A model generated the notes under the pieces. That model saw only the letters and a program-made list of their open reading frames with translations. It ran no database searches and was not told where the DNA came from. This document shows, in pieces, positions 30,361-38,350 of a DNA stretch of 64,000 bases. The translations under genes and the position numbers were made by a program. The stretch covers positions 170,236 to 234,235 of the forward strand of contig CACHRR010000001.1 in NCBI GenBank assembly GCA_902582355.1, given 5' to 3'. The stretch is from an uncultured SAR86 cluster bacterium. Lineage in GTDB: Bacteria; Pseudomonadota; Gammaproteobacteria; Magnimaribacterales; D2472. The first letter of the stretch is position 1; each line of letters opens with the position of its first letter.

Positions 30361-31279
30361 AAATATCAGAATTCAACTTTGTTAAAGGGAAATCTCTAGC
30401 AATGCAAGCATTTCTTGATATGTTAAAAACTCCTGAACTTAGTTCAACATTTCTTTTTGAAAGATTATTTTGATAAATTTTTTCAATTTTAAAAAAATCC
30501 ATAAGTATAATTTTTTCTAGCTCATACTTCATATTCCTTATGTTATTTTTTGATATTTCCTCAATAATATTTTGTGAAATTGGAACAGTTATTCCTTCAA
30601 AATCAATTAATTCTCTGATGTTAGTCGCTTCATGAAAGATTTCGGTAGTTGAGTAAAAATTAATCTTAATCGAATAGTTTCTAAAGATTGGAACAATTCT
30701 TTTCCCAATTTCATAATTTATTATAAAGTAAACTTTTTCAATATCTTGCCTTATTCTTGGTGAGTGGGCCAGATCAAGACTAGCATCTAAGTTTTGAATT
30801 CTTGAAAATCTATCATTACTCGACCGGACATCAAATATTTCATCTATCTGTAATTCATAATCTTGATCATCTATGAGTAAAAATATTTCTTTTGGATACA
30901 TCTTAATATAATCTGAAACTATATTTTCAAACTCTTTTGAATAGACAACCAGTATTTTTTTTCCATCATCTCTTAATTTGAAAATAGTTGATTCAAGAAT
31001 TTTTTTTTGATCATCAATATAACTATTACAAAAATACTTCATTTTTGTTTCTAAGAAATTATCTGATAAGTAATATGAACTCATATTTCCAAAATCTATA
31101 GAAAAATCAATATTTTCATTTAATAGATACTCTATAATCATTTCTTTTTTTTCTTGAGAAGTTTGGAAATCTAAATCAAGTTGCTGTTTTAAAGAATTTT
31201 GATCTTGCAATGTTGAACAAGATGAATTAAAAAGCAATAGAGAAAGCAGCAATACTACAGGATTATTTTTTGTATACAT
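30344..31279 (-). CDS. Lipoprotein, possible short LpoA-like penicillin-binding-protein activator
   Basis: Lipobox LLFNSSC. Divergent from rsmI, which is the conserved lpoA position. 311 aa; I recall E. coli LpoA as roughly twice this length. Assignment rests mainly on synteny. Confidence 0.45.
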   Translation of the reverse strand: MYTKNNPVVLLLSLLLFNSSCSTLQDQNSLKQQLDLDFQTSQEKKEMIIEYLLNENIDFSIDFGNMSSYYLSDNFLETKMKYFCNSYIDDQKKILESTIFKLRDDGKKILVVYSKEFENIVSDYIKMYPKEIFLLIDDQDYELQIDEIFDVRSSNDRFSRIQNLDASLDLAHSPRIRQDIEKVYFIINYEIGKRIVPIFRNYSIKINFYSTTEIFHEATNIRELIDFEGITVPISQNIIEEISKNNIRNMKYELEKIILMDFFKIEKIYQNNLSKRNVELSSGVFNISRNACIARDFPLTKLNSDIFMNQI

Positions 31280-31286
31280 ATTAACA

Positions 31287-32102
31287 ATGCTAAATTTTAT
31301 ATCTACTCCAATTGGTAATCTAAATGATATATCACTTAGAGCAATTGATGTTATACGATCTTCAGATTATTTATATACTGAAGATACTAGAAGATCAAAA
31401 ACTCTTCTTGATCATATAAATTTACAAAAAAAGTGTAATAGTTTTCATGAACATAATGAAGACTACGTTTCAAAAAAAATTATTCAACAACTTAATGATA
31501 ACAAAATTGTTTCTATTATTTCTGATGCAGGAACCCCTGCAATCTCAGACCCAGGATATAAGCTAATAAAAAAATGTATAAAAGAAAACTTAAAATATAC
31601 TCTTATTCCTGGTCCATCTTCAGTAATAAGTGCACTTTTAATGTCAGGACTTCCAACAGATAGATTTTCTTTCTTTGGCTTTTTTCCAAAAAAAAATAAT
31701 GAAAGAGAATTTGTTCTTCAAAATTTTAAATATGAAAAAAAAACCATAATTTTTTTTGAATCATCAAAAAGAATATCCAAAACATTGAATGATATTGCAA
31801 ATTATTTAGATGTAAAAAGAATGATTGCGATATGCAAAGAAATGACTAAAGTGCATGAAAATGTTTTTAGAGGAAACATATTAGAAATCTCTAAAAAAGT
31901 TGAACAAAATAAATTCAATTTAAAAGGTGAAATTGTTGTAGTTATTGAGGGTAAAAAAGAAATAAAAAATAAAATAGAGATTGATAATAGAATAAAGAGT
32001 GAATACTTAAAAAAACTTTCTGTATCAGATTCTGCAAAACTAATTTCCCTTATTACAGGTGAAAGAAAAAGAGATATATACAAAAAACTTATACAAGACT
32101 AA
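31287..32102 (+). CDS. rsmI: 16S rRNA (cytidine1402-2'-O)-methyltransferase
   Basis: Tetrapyrrole-methylase-type N-terminus STPIGNLNDISLRAIDV...EDTR and SDAGTPAISDPG. Confidence 0.92.
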   Translation: MLNFISTPIGNLNDISLRAIDVIRSSDYLYTEDTRRSKTLLDHINLQKKCNSFHEHNEDYVSKKIIQQLNDNKIVSIISDAGTPAISDPGYKLIKKCIKENLKYTLIPGPSSVISALLMSGLPTDRFSFFGFFPKKNNEREFVLQNFKYEKKTIIFFESSKRISKTLNDIANYLDVKRMIAICKEMTKVHENVFRGNILEISKKVEQNKFNLKGEIVVVIEGKKEIKNKIEIDNRIKSEYLKKLSVSDSAKLISLITGERKRDIYKKLIQD

Positions 32103-32116
32103 AAATTCATTATAAT
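32089..32116 (+). promoter_or_regulatory. Candidate rnpB promoter (TTATAC-16 nt-TATAAT)
   Basis: Perfect TATAAT at 32111-32116, 6-8 nt upstream of the predicted RNase P RNA 5' end. The -35-like TTATAC lies inside the rsmI 3' end. Confidence 0.45.
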
Positions 32117-32121
32117 GATAA

Positions 32122-32453
32122 ATGAGTTGATTGGATGATCGCTAATTTTATTAGAGGAAAGTCCGGACTTCATAGAGCAGGGCGCCAGGTAACACCTGGG
32201 AAGTGTGAACTTACGGATAGTGCAACAGAAAATATACCGCCAATTTTTTGGTAAGGGTGAAATGGTAAGGTAAGAGCTTACCGCTTGAATGGTAACATTT
32301 AAGGCACTGCAAACCCCAGCCTGAAGCAAAACCAAATAGAAATCTTATAAAGTTGCTCGCTTTAGATTTGGGTAGGTTGCTAGAATATTATGGCAACATA
32401 ATATCAAGATAGATGATCATCATTTACAGAATCCGGCTTATAAATCAACTCAT
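32122..32453 (+). ncRNA. rnpB: RNase P RNA (bacterial type A)
   Basis: Conserved blocks GAGGAAAGTCCGGACT, GGTAAGGGTGAAATGGTAAGGTAAGAGCTTACCGC and ACAGAATCCGGCTTA. Terminal P1 pairing ATGAGTTGATT (32122-32132) with AATCAACTCAT (32443-32453). Confidence 0.93.
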
Positions 32454-32486
32454 CATTTCATATATAAAAACATATATTTGCTTATT

Positions 32487-32528
32487 AGTGTGAAAATATG
32501 TGCAAAAGTGTTGCAAAGTGTGAAAAAA
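32487..32528 (+). promoter_or_regulatory. Putative MraZ operator: four about 10-bp-phased direct repeats containing GTG(T/C)
   Basis: AGTGTGAAAA / TATGTGCAAAA / GTGTTGCAAA / GTGTGAAAAAA. GTG cores sit at 32488, 32500, 32508 and 32518, immediately upstream of mraZ. Confidence 0.55.
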
Positions 32529-32539
32529 GCCTTTATATT
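32511..32539 (+). promoter_or_regulatory. Candidate Pmra promoter (TTGCAA-17 nt-TATATT)
   Basis: TTGCAA at 32511-32516, a 17-nt spacer, and TATATT at 32534-32539. It overlaps the repeat array and ends 6 nt before the mraZ ATG. Confidence 0.4.
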
Positions 32540-32545
32540 TTGTAA

Positions 32546-33013
32546 ATGTTTGGATTTAACAAGGTATCACTAGACGCTAAGGGCAGGGTGTCAATACCTG
32601 CAAAATATAGATCTGATTTGAAAAAAGAAGATCATAACAATATTATCATTACTAAAGATCCCCAATACCCATCTTTAAAAGCATATCCGTTTAAAGAATG
32701 GGAGAAAATTTCAATGAAATTACAATCTCTTCAAGGCCTTGATCCAGTAGTCAGAAATATTCAATGGACAATTTTAGGTAATGCTCACTTTTCTGAATTT
32801 GACGTTGATGGAAGAATGTTAATTAGAATACCTTTAGATCTTCAGGAATATGCTTGTATTGAGTCTGAAAATAAAATCGCCTTAGTTGGTATGGGAAATA
32901 AATTTGAGATTTGGAATGTTGATAGTTGGCAATCAAGACAAACAGGTGGATCTCTTTCAACAGAAATTCTTGATGTAGTCTTGCCAGAAAGTGTTAAGTC
33001 AATGTCATTTTAA
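32546..33013 (+). CDS. mraZ: Transcriptional regulator MraZ
   Basis: Duplicated DxxGR motifs (LDAKGRVSIP, VDGRMLIRIP). N-terminus MFGFNKVSLD resembles E. coli MraZ. Confidence 0.93.
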   Translation: MFGFNKVSLDAKGRVSIPAKYRSDLKKEDHNNIIITKDPQYPSLKAYPFKEWEKISMKLQSLQGLDPVVRNIQWTILGNAHFSEFDVDGRMLIRIPLDLQEYACIESENKIALVGMGNKFEIWNVDSWQSRQTGGSLSTEILDVVLPESVKSMSF

Positions 33014-33026
33014 TTAGGGGAAGCAA

Positions 33027-34136
33027 ATGGATTTTGAAGTAGTCGGACAAGCAATTGAAAATGCAAAAATTAAAGTTGTTGGAGTTGGAGGTGGCGGAGG
33101 CAACGCTGTAATCCACATGATCAATCATAATATTGAGGGAGTTGATTTTATTTGTGCAAATACTGATACTCAGGCTCTTTCAGCTGCTGATGGTGCAATA
33201 ACTATGAAACTTGGCAATGGTCTCACAAAAGGCTTAGGAGCTGGTGCAGATCCTGACATTGGAAGAAGGGCTGCTGAGAGTGATCGAAATGCTATTGAAG
33301 AGCTTTTAACAGGTGCTGACATGATTTTTATAACTGCTGGGATGGGAGGAGGTACTGGAACAGGAGCAGCTCCTGTAATAGCCTCGATTGCTAAAGACTT
33401 AGGAGCTTTGACAGTTGCAGTAGTGACAAAACCTTTTCGATTTGAGGGTAAGAAAAGAATGGGGGCTGCAGAAAAAGGTCTTGCAGCTCTTGTTGAGGAA
33501 GTTGATAGTTTAGTAACAATACCTAACCAAAAGTTGTATGAAATCTTAGGCGAAGATACTCCAATGCAAGATGCTTTTGCAAAAGCTGATGATGTACTAA
33601 GAGGGGCAGTGCAAGGAATATCAGATATTATTATGAAAAAGGGACATATTAATGTTGATTTTGCTGATGTCAAAACTGTAATGTCAGAGAAAGGAATAGC
33701 AATGATGGGAACTGGAAGAGCAAGTGGAAAAAATAGAGCAGAGGTTGCAGGAACCATGGCAGTTAAAAGTGAACTTCTAGAGGATATTAATCTTAAAAAT
33801 GCTAGGGGTGTTTTGGTAAATATCACTGCAAAAAAACCCACCCTTGGTGATCAAACTGAGGTTGCAGATATTGTTGATGAAATTGTCAGCGAAGATGCAA
33901 ATATAATTTACGGTCTAGTTTATGATGACAGCTTTGGTGATGATCTACAAGTTACAATTGTTGCAACTGGTGTTGATCAAAGAGCACCATCATTAGTAAT
34001 AGATAATGAACCCTCCATGAAATTAAATCCTGTTGGTTTAAATAAAGATAAAACAATTCAAAAGGTTGGCACATCGTCTGCGGAGGAAATTGATTTCCTT
34101 GATGTGCCGACTTTTATGAGAAAACAAGTAGATTAG
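33027..34136 (+). CDS. ftsZ: Cell division protein FtsZ
   Basis: Tubulin signature GGGTGTGAAPVIA, NTDTQAL, and C-terminal FtsA/ZipA-binding peptide DFLDVPTFMRKQ. Strong SD AGGGGAAG upstream. Confidence 0.97.
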   Translation: MDFEVVGQAIENAKIKVVGVGGGGGNAVIHMINHNIEGVDFICANTDTQALSAADGAITMKLGNGLTKGLGAGADPDIGRRAAESDRNAIEELLTGADMIFITAGMGGGTGTGAAPVIASIAKDLGALTVAVVTKPFRFEGKKRMGAAEKGLAALVEEVDSLVTIPNQKLYEILGEDTPMQDAFAKADDVLRGAVQGISDIIMKKGHINVDFADVKTVMSEKGIAMMGTGRASGKNRAEVAGTMAVKSELLEDINLKNARGVLVNITAKKPTLGDQTEVADIVDEIVSEDANIIYGLVYDDSFGDDLQVTIVATGVDQRAPSLVIDNEPSMKLNPVGLNKDKTIQKVGTSSAEEIDFLDVPTFMRKQVD

Positions 34137-34137
34137 G

Positions 34138-35031
34138 ATGTTGCATTTTCCAGTTTTACTGGAAGAGTCAGTTGATTTTCTTGTTAATGATATGAATGGT
34201 CATTATATAGATTGCACATTTGGAAGAGGCGGTCATTCCAATTTAATTTTAAGTAGATTAGGTAAAAAAGGCTCCTTATCAAGCTTTGACAAAGATCCTT
34301 TTGCATTCAAATATGGCCAAAGTATAAAAAAAGATAACTTCAAAATCTATCATGATTCTTTCCAAAATTTATCTAAGTATTTTAAAAATAATAGTATTGA
34401 CGGAATTTTATATGATCTAGGAACATGCTCTACTCATTTGGATGATGCTGAAAGGGGTTTTAGTTTTAACAAAGATGGCCCTCTTGATATGAGATTTAAC
34501 AATCAAAAAGGTATTCCACTTTATGAGTGGCTCAAAGATGCAGATGTTAAAGAAATCATAAAGATACTTTATAAGTATGGAAATGAAAAACATGCAAAAC
34601 TAATTTCTAATGCAATAGATATAACCAGAAAAAAAAGACCAATTTTAAGAACCATAGAACTATCAAATATTATTAAAGATATATATCCAGAGAAAAATAC
34701 AAAGGTTCATCCAGCTACAAAATCTTTTCAAGCTTTTAGGATTTTCATTAATAATGAGTTAGAGGAGTTTAGAAGCTCTCTTGATGTTGCAAAAAAAATA
34801 TTAAAAAAGAATGGGCTTATTGTTACGATCGCTTTTCACTCAATTGAAGATAATATAATTAAAAATTTCTTTAGGCCAGAAAAGAAGGTATTTCCTAAAG
34901 ATATTCCATTAAATAATGAGGAACATAGAAAATTTAAGTGTTTAGCAAAGAAAATAAGAGCCTCTGAATATGAAATTAATATTAACAACCGCTCTAGAAG
35001 CGCAGTAATGAGAGTATTTCAAAAGCTATGA
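34138..35031 (+). CDS. rsmH: 16S rRNA (cytosine1402-N4)-methyltransferase
   Basis: H.PVLL..., DCTFGRGGHS, and DLG.S..H(Q)LDD-like motif (DLGTCSTHLDDAERGFSF). Confidence 0.94.
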   Translation: MLHFPVLLEESVDFLVNDMNGHYIDCTFGRGGHSNLILSRLGKKGSLSSFDKDPFAFKYGQSIKKDNFKIYHDSFQNLSKYFKNNSIDGILYDLGTCSTHLDDAERGFSFNKDGPLDMRFNNQKGIPLYEWLKDADVKEIIKILYKYGNEKHAKLISNAIDITRKKRPILRTIELSNIIKDIYPEKNTKVHPATKSFQAFRIFINNELEEFRSSLDVAKKILKKNGLIVTIAFHSIEDNIIKNFFRPEKKVFPKDIPLNNEEHRKFKCLAKKIRASEYEININNRSRSAVMRVFQKL

Positions 35032-35300
35032 TTCAAAAAAGTATCATAATTTACTATTTTTTAGCCCTTGCTGTAATTTTTTTATTAAGTTTTGAGAAGA
35101 TCAAACTTTCTTGGGAAATAAGTACCTTGCATAATAATAAAGAAATTTTAAGAATAGAATTTGAATATTTGAAAGATCTTAATTTGAAACTTACCACACA
35201 ATTTTACGTAGAAAATTCGCCGGGAAATATTGAGAAAATTGCAAAAGAATCACTAGGAATGACAAAGAAAAGACCAAAAATAATAATTAATGATCAATAA
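35028..35300 (+). CDS. ftsL: Cell division protein FtsL
   Basis: 90-aa bitopic protein with TM and coiled coil, between rsmH and ftsI. Confidence 0.8.
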   Translation: MIQKSIIIYYFLALAVIFLLSFEKIKLSWEISTLHNNKEILRIEFEYLKDLNLKLTTQFYVENSPGNIEKIAKESLGMTKKRPKIIINDQ

Positions 35301-36909
35301 AACATCAGCTATAAATTGGAGATTTATTTTAATTTTTTCTTCGATTTCTTTTTGCTTTTTAGCAATAATTTTTAAAATATTTTCCATACATATTTTTGAC
35401 AGCACCTTTCTTCAAAAAGAAGGAGCAAAGAGATATGTTAAATATCAAGAGATTACTCCTATAAGAGGAACAATTTTTGACAGGAATAATTTTCCATTAG
35501 CTGTATCTATAGTTAACTACGATCTTTATGCTTTAAAAGGATTTAAAAAAGAAGAATTATTGAAGCTATCAGAGATTATTGAACTTGAAAAAGAGTTTAT
35601 TTCAGAAACATTTAATAAAAAAATTCTTTTAAAAAAGAATATTTCAAATGAAAAGCTTTTACAAGTTAAAAAATTAAATTTAAAAAATTCTGAAATTGAA
35701 GTCAGACATAGTAGGCATTATCCGCTTGGCGATCAAATATCAACTTTAATTGGTTTTTATGGCAAGGATGGAGCTCAGGAAGGCCTTGAAAAAAGTTATG
35801 ATAAAGTCTTGTCTGGCATTCCTGGAAAACTAAAATTTTTTAAAAATGCAAAGCAAGAATTAATTTCTAGACCAATTGTTGTTGATAAAATAACTCAAGG
35901 AAATGACATACATCTTACAATAGACTCAACAATTCAATTTTTTGCATATAAGCATTTAGCTGAAGCAATAAAAAATAATAAGGCTAAGTCTGGATCTGTA
36001 ATTATCCTTGATAATGAAAGGGGTGAGATATTGGCCATGGCAAGCTTTCCTTCCTATAATCCAAATTATTCTCAAAGAAAGATCCAAAAAAACAGAGTTT
36101 TGGTTGATGCATATGAATTAGGATCTGTACTTAAACCAATTGTTTTATCTAGAGCAATAGAAAATAGAGTAATTTCAGTGGATCAGCATATCGATATTCC
36201 AAGAAGATTAAATCTGAATGATAAGGTGATTGTAGATTCAAAGAACTATGAAAAACTAACACCAAAAGAAATTATTGCATTTTCCAGTCAAATTGGAGCT
36301 TCAAAAATCGCACTTGAATTAGGCTATGAGGAAATAAAAAAGAATTATTATGATTTTGGATTCACAAAACCAATATCTATAAATTTTCCATCATCTGCAT
36401 TTGGATACATGAATATAAAAGAAAGTGTTATTGATAAAGAATTAGCTTCTCTAGGTTATGGTTATGGCATAACGATAAGTCCTTTTCAAATTGCATCTGC
36501 ATATTCTGTGTTTGCAAATGAAGGCATATTCAAGGATTTTAAATTACTTAAAAACCAGAAGGTAACATCTAGACAAATAATATCTCCAATAACGGCAAAG
36601 CATGTTTTAGATGCTCTTGATATGGTGGTCAAAGATGGAACTGGAAAGGCTGCAAATATTAAGGGTTTCTCTGAAGGAGGTAAAACTGGAACTGTTCATC
36701 AAACTAGAAGAGGATCAGGTTATGCAGAGGACCTTTATAGAGCTTCATTTGTTGGAATTACACCCCTTAGTTCTAAATCTTTAACAATTTTTATTTCTAT
36801 TGATGATCCAAGTTTAAATGCTTATTCAGGTGGTGCTGTTGCAGCACCTGTTTTTACTAAAATTGCAGAAAGTTCACTAAACTATTTAGGATATTTTCAA
36901 GATGAATAA
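35290..36909 (+). CDS. ftsI: Peptidoglycan D,D-transpeptidase FtsI (PBP3)
   Basis: TM anchor, SxxK (GSVLKP), KTGT (GGKTGT). dcw position. Confidence 0.93.
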   Translation: MINKTSAINWRFILIFSSISFCFLAIIFKIFSIHIFDSTFLQKEGAKRYVKYQEITPIRGTIFDRNNFPLAVSIVNYDLYALKGFKKEELLKLSEIIELEKEFISETFNKKILLKKNISNEKLLQVKKLNLKNSEIEVRHSRHYPLGDQISTLIGFYGKDGAQEGLEKSYDKVLSGIPGKLKFFKNAKQELISRPIVVDKITQGNDIHLTIDSTIQFFAYKHLAEAIKNNKAKSGSVIILDNERGEILAMASFPSYNPNYSQRKIQKNRVLVDAYELGSVLKPIVLSRAIENRVISVDQHIDIPRRLNLNDKVIVDSKNYEKLTPKEIIAFSSQIGASKIALELGYEEIKKNYYDFGFTKPISINFPSSAFGYMNIKESVIDKELASLGYGYGITISPFQIASAYSVFANEGIFKDFKLLKNQKVTSRQIISPITAKHVLDALDMVVKDGTGKAANIKGFSEGGKTGTVHQTRRGSGYAEDLYRASFVGITPLSSKSLTIFISIDDPSLNAYSGGAVAAPVFTKIAESSLNYLGYFQDE

Positions 36910-38350
36910 ATTTTCAGATATTTTGGGAATAGAAATTCCAAATAGAATTAATATCTTAAAAGCTACAAATACAACAAAAAAAATAAAAAAAGATTCAATT
37001 TATTTTGCTTTGCAGGGCACTAAAACGCATGGAACTAAGTATGCGAGAGAGGCTTTAAGTTTGGGAGCATCAATAGTTGTTCATAATGATCCTAATTTTA
37101 AAGTAAAAAATGAAAATATCTTTTATGTTAAAAATTTAGAAAATAAAATTATCGAGTTTCTTAATTTTTTGTATGACATTGATATTGATGATAATAATTT
37201 TTATGCATTTACAGGAACGAATGGCAAAACTTCTGCTGCATACCTCTGTCACCAATTACTAATAAAAACGAAACATGAATCAATATATATTGGTACTCTT
37301 GGCATTCAACATAATAATGAAGAAATTGATACCTCTTTTACATCAAAAACAACACCAGATTTATTTGAATTATTTGAAATACTACATTCATTAAATTTGG
37401 GTTTAAATCCTATCAACATATGCATAGAATTTTCCTCACACGCAATAGATCAAAAAAGATTAAGTAATATAAGTGGTTTTCGTTCAGCATCAATACTAAA
37501 CATTACTAAAGATCATTTAGACTACCACAAAAGCTTATCTTCATACATAGATACGAAATTTGATATTTTTAAAATTCATTCTCCTTTAAAGTTTATAGAT
37601 GAAGAATCTAACCAACTTAAAGATCATAATGAGAAAGTTACTATAGTAGGTAATAAAAAAAAATCTTCAGATATCTTTTATAAAATTAAAAAGATTTCAT
37701 TGAGCAAATGTAAATTCAATATTCTGGTAAACAGTTCTTCAATGGGAAAGATAAATAACCAAAAAAAAGAATATAAATTTTTATGTAATATCATTCCTGA
37801 ATTTAATATATCTAATTTGGTTTTCGCAATTTCATCTGTTGGTTTTGATAACTTTTCACAATGCTCAACAAATGATCTTTCTTTTTTGAAGTTACCTCAA
37901 GGAAGATTGGAGTTTATCAAGAATATATCTGCAAACATTGTTATAGATTATGCTCATAACGAACACGCTTTTAAAGCTGTATTGAATTCTATTAAACAAT
38001 ACTTTGATAATTTAGTTGTGGTCTTTGGTTGTGGTGGTAATAGAGATAAAGCAAAAAGGCCCAAAATGCTTTATGAGGCAATTAAAAACTCATCAAAAGT
38101 TATCTTTACATCTGATAATTCCAGAAATGAAAATTTTGAAGATATTTATGAAGATGCAAAAAAAGGAAATAATTTAGATAACGTAATTGTGATAAAAGAT
38201 AGAAGAGAAGCTATTATTTACGGAAGTAAAATAATTGGTAAAAATGACTGTATGGTGATTCTAGGCAAAGGACATGAAAAAACTCAAGAAACTTCAGGAG
38301 AGATATTACATCATAGTGATCACGAGGTAATAGATGAAATTTATAGCTAA
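36902..38350 (+). CDS. murE: UDP-MurNAc-L-Ala-D-Glu:meso-DAP ligase
   Basis: Mur ligase P-loop FTGTNGKTSAA, DHLDYH, and DNSRNE-like C-terminal motif (TSDNSRNE). Confidence 0.92.
   Translation: MNKFSDILGIEIPNRINILKATNTTKKIKKDSIYFALQGTKTHGTKYAREALSLGASIVVHNDPNFKVKNENIFYVKNLENKIIEFLNFLYDIDIDDNNFYAFTGTNGKTSAAYLCHQLLIKTKHESIYIGTLGIQHNNEEIDTSFTSKTTPDLFELFEILHSLNLGLNPINICIEFSSHAIDQKRLSNISGFRSASILNITKDHLDYHKSLSSYIDTKFDIFKIHSPLKFIDEESNQLKDHNEKVTIVGNKKKSSDIFYKIKKISLSKCKFNILVNSSSMGKINNQKKEYKFLCNIIPEFNISNLVFAISSVGFDNFSQCSTNDLSFLKLPQGRLEFIKNISANIVIDYAHNEHAFKAVLNSIKQYFDNLVVVFGCGGNRDKAKRPKMLYEAIKNSSKVIFTSDNSRNENFEDIYEDAKKGNNLDNVIVIKDRREAIIYGSKIIGKNDCMVILGKGHEKTQETSGEILHHSDHEVIDEIYS

Noticed and set aside
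31735-31758. A10 and T8 homopolymer runs inside rsmI, considered as a slippage or phase-variation site.
   Set aside because: Such runs are common throughout this AT-rich window (Lys/Phe codons). The reading frame is intact, and nothing suggests a contingency locus.
32099-32335. 78-aa minus-strand ORF in the ORF track.
   Set aside because: It lies entirely within RNase P RNA, whose conserved blocks and P1 closure are clear. It has no SD and its sequence is implausible as a protein.
33170-33841. 223-aa minus-strand ORF antisense to ftsZ, the longest unexplained ORF in the track.
   Set aside because: It is a shadow ORF. The Gly/Ala-rich, GC-richer ftsZ coding strand suppresses stop codons on the opposite strand. 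The translation is low-complexity (A/P/S-rich) with no recognisable motif.
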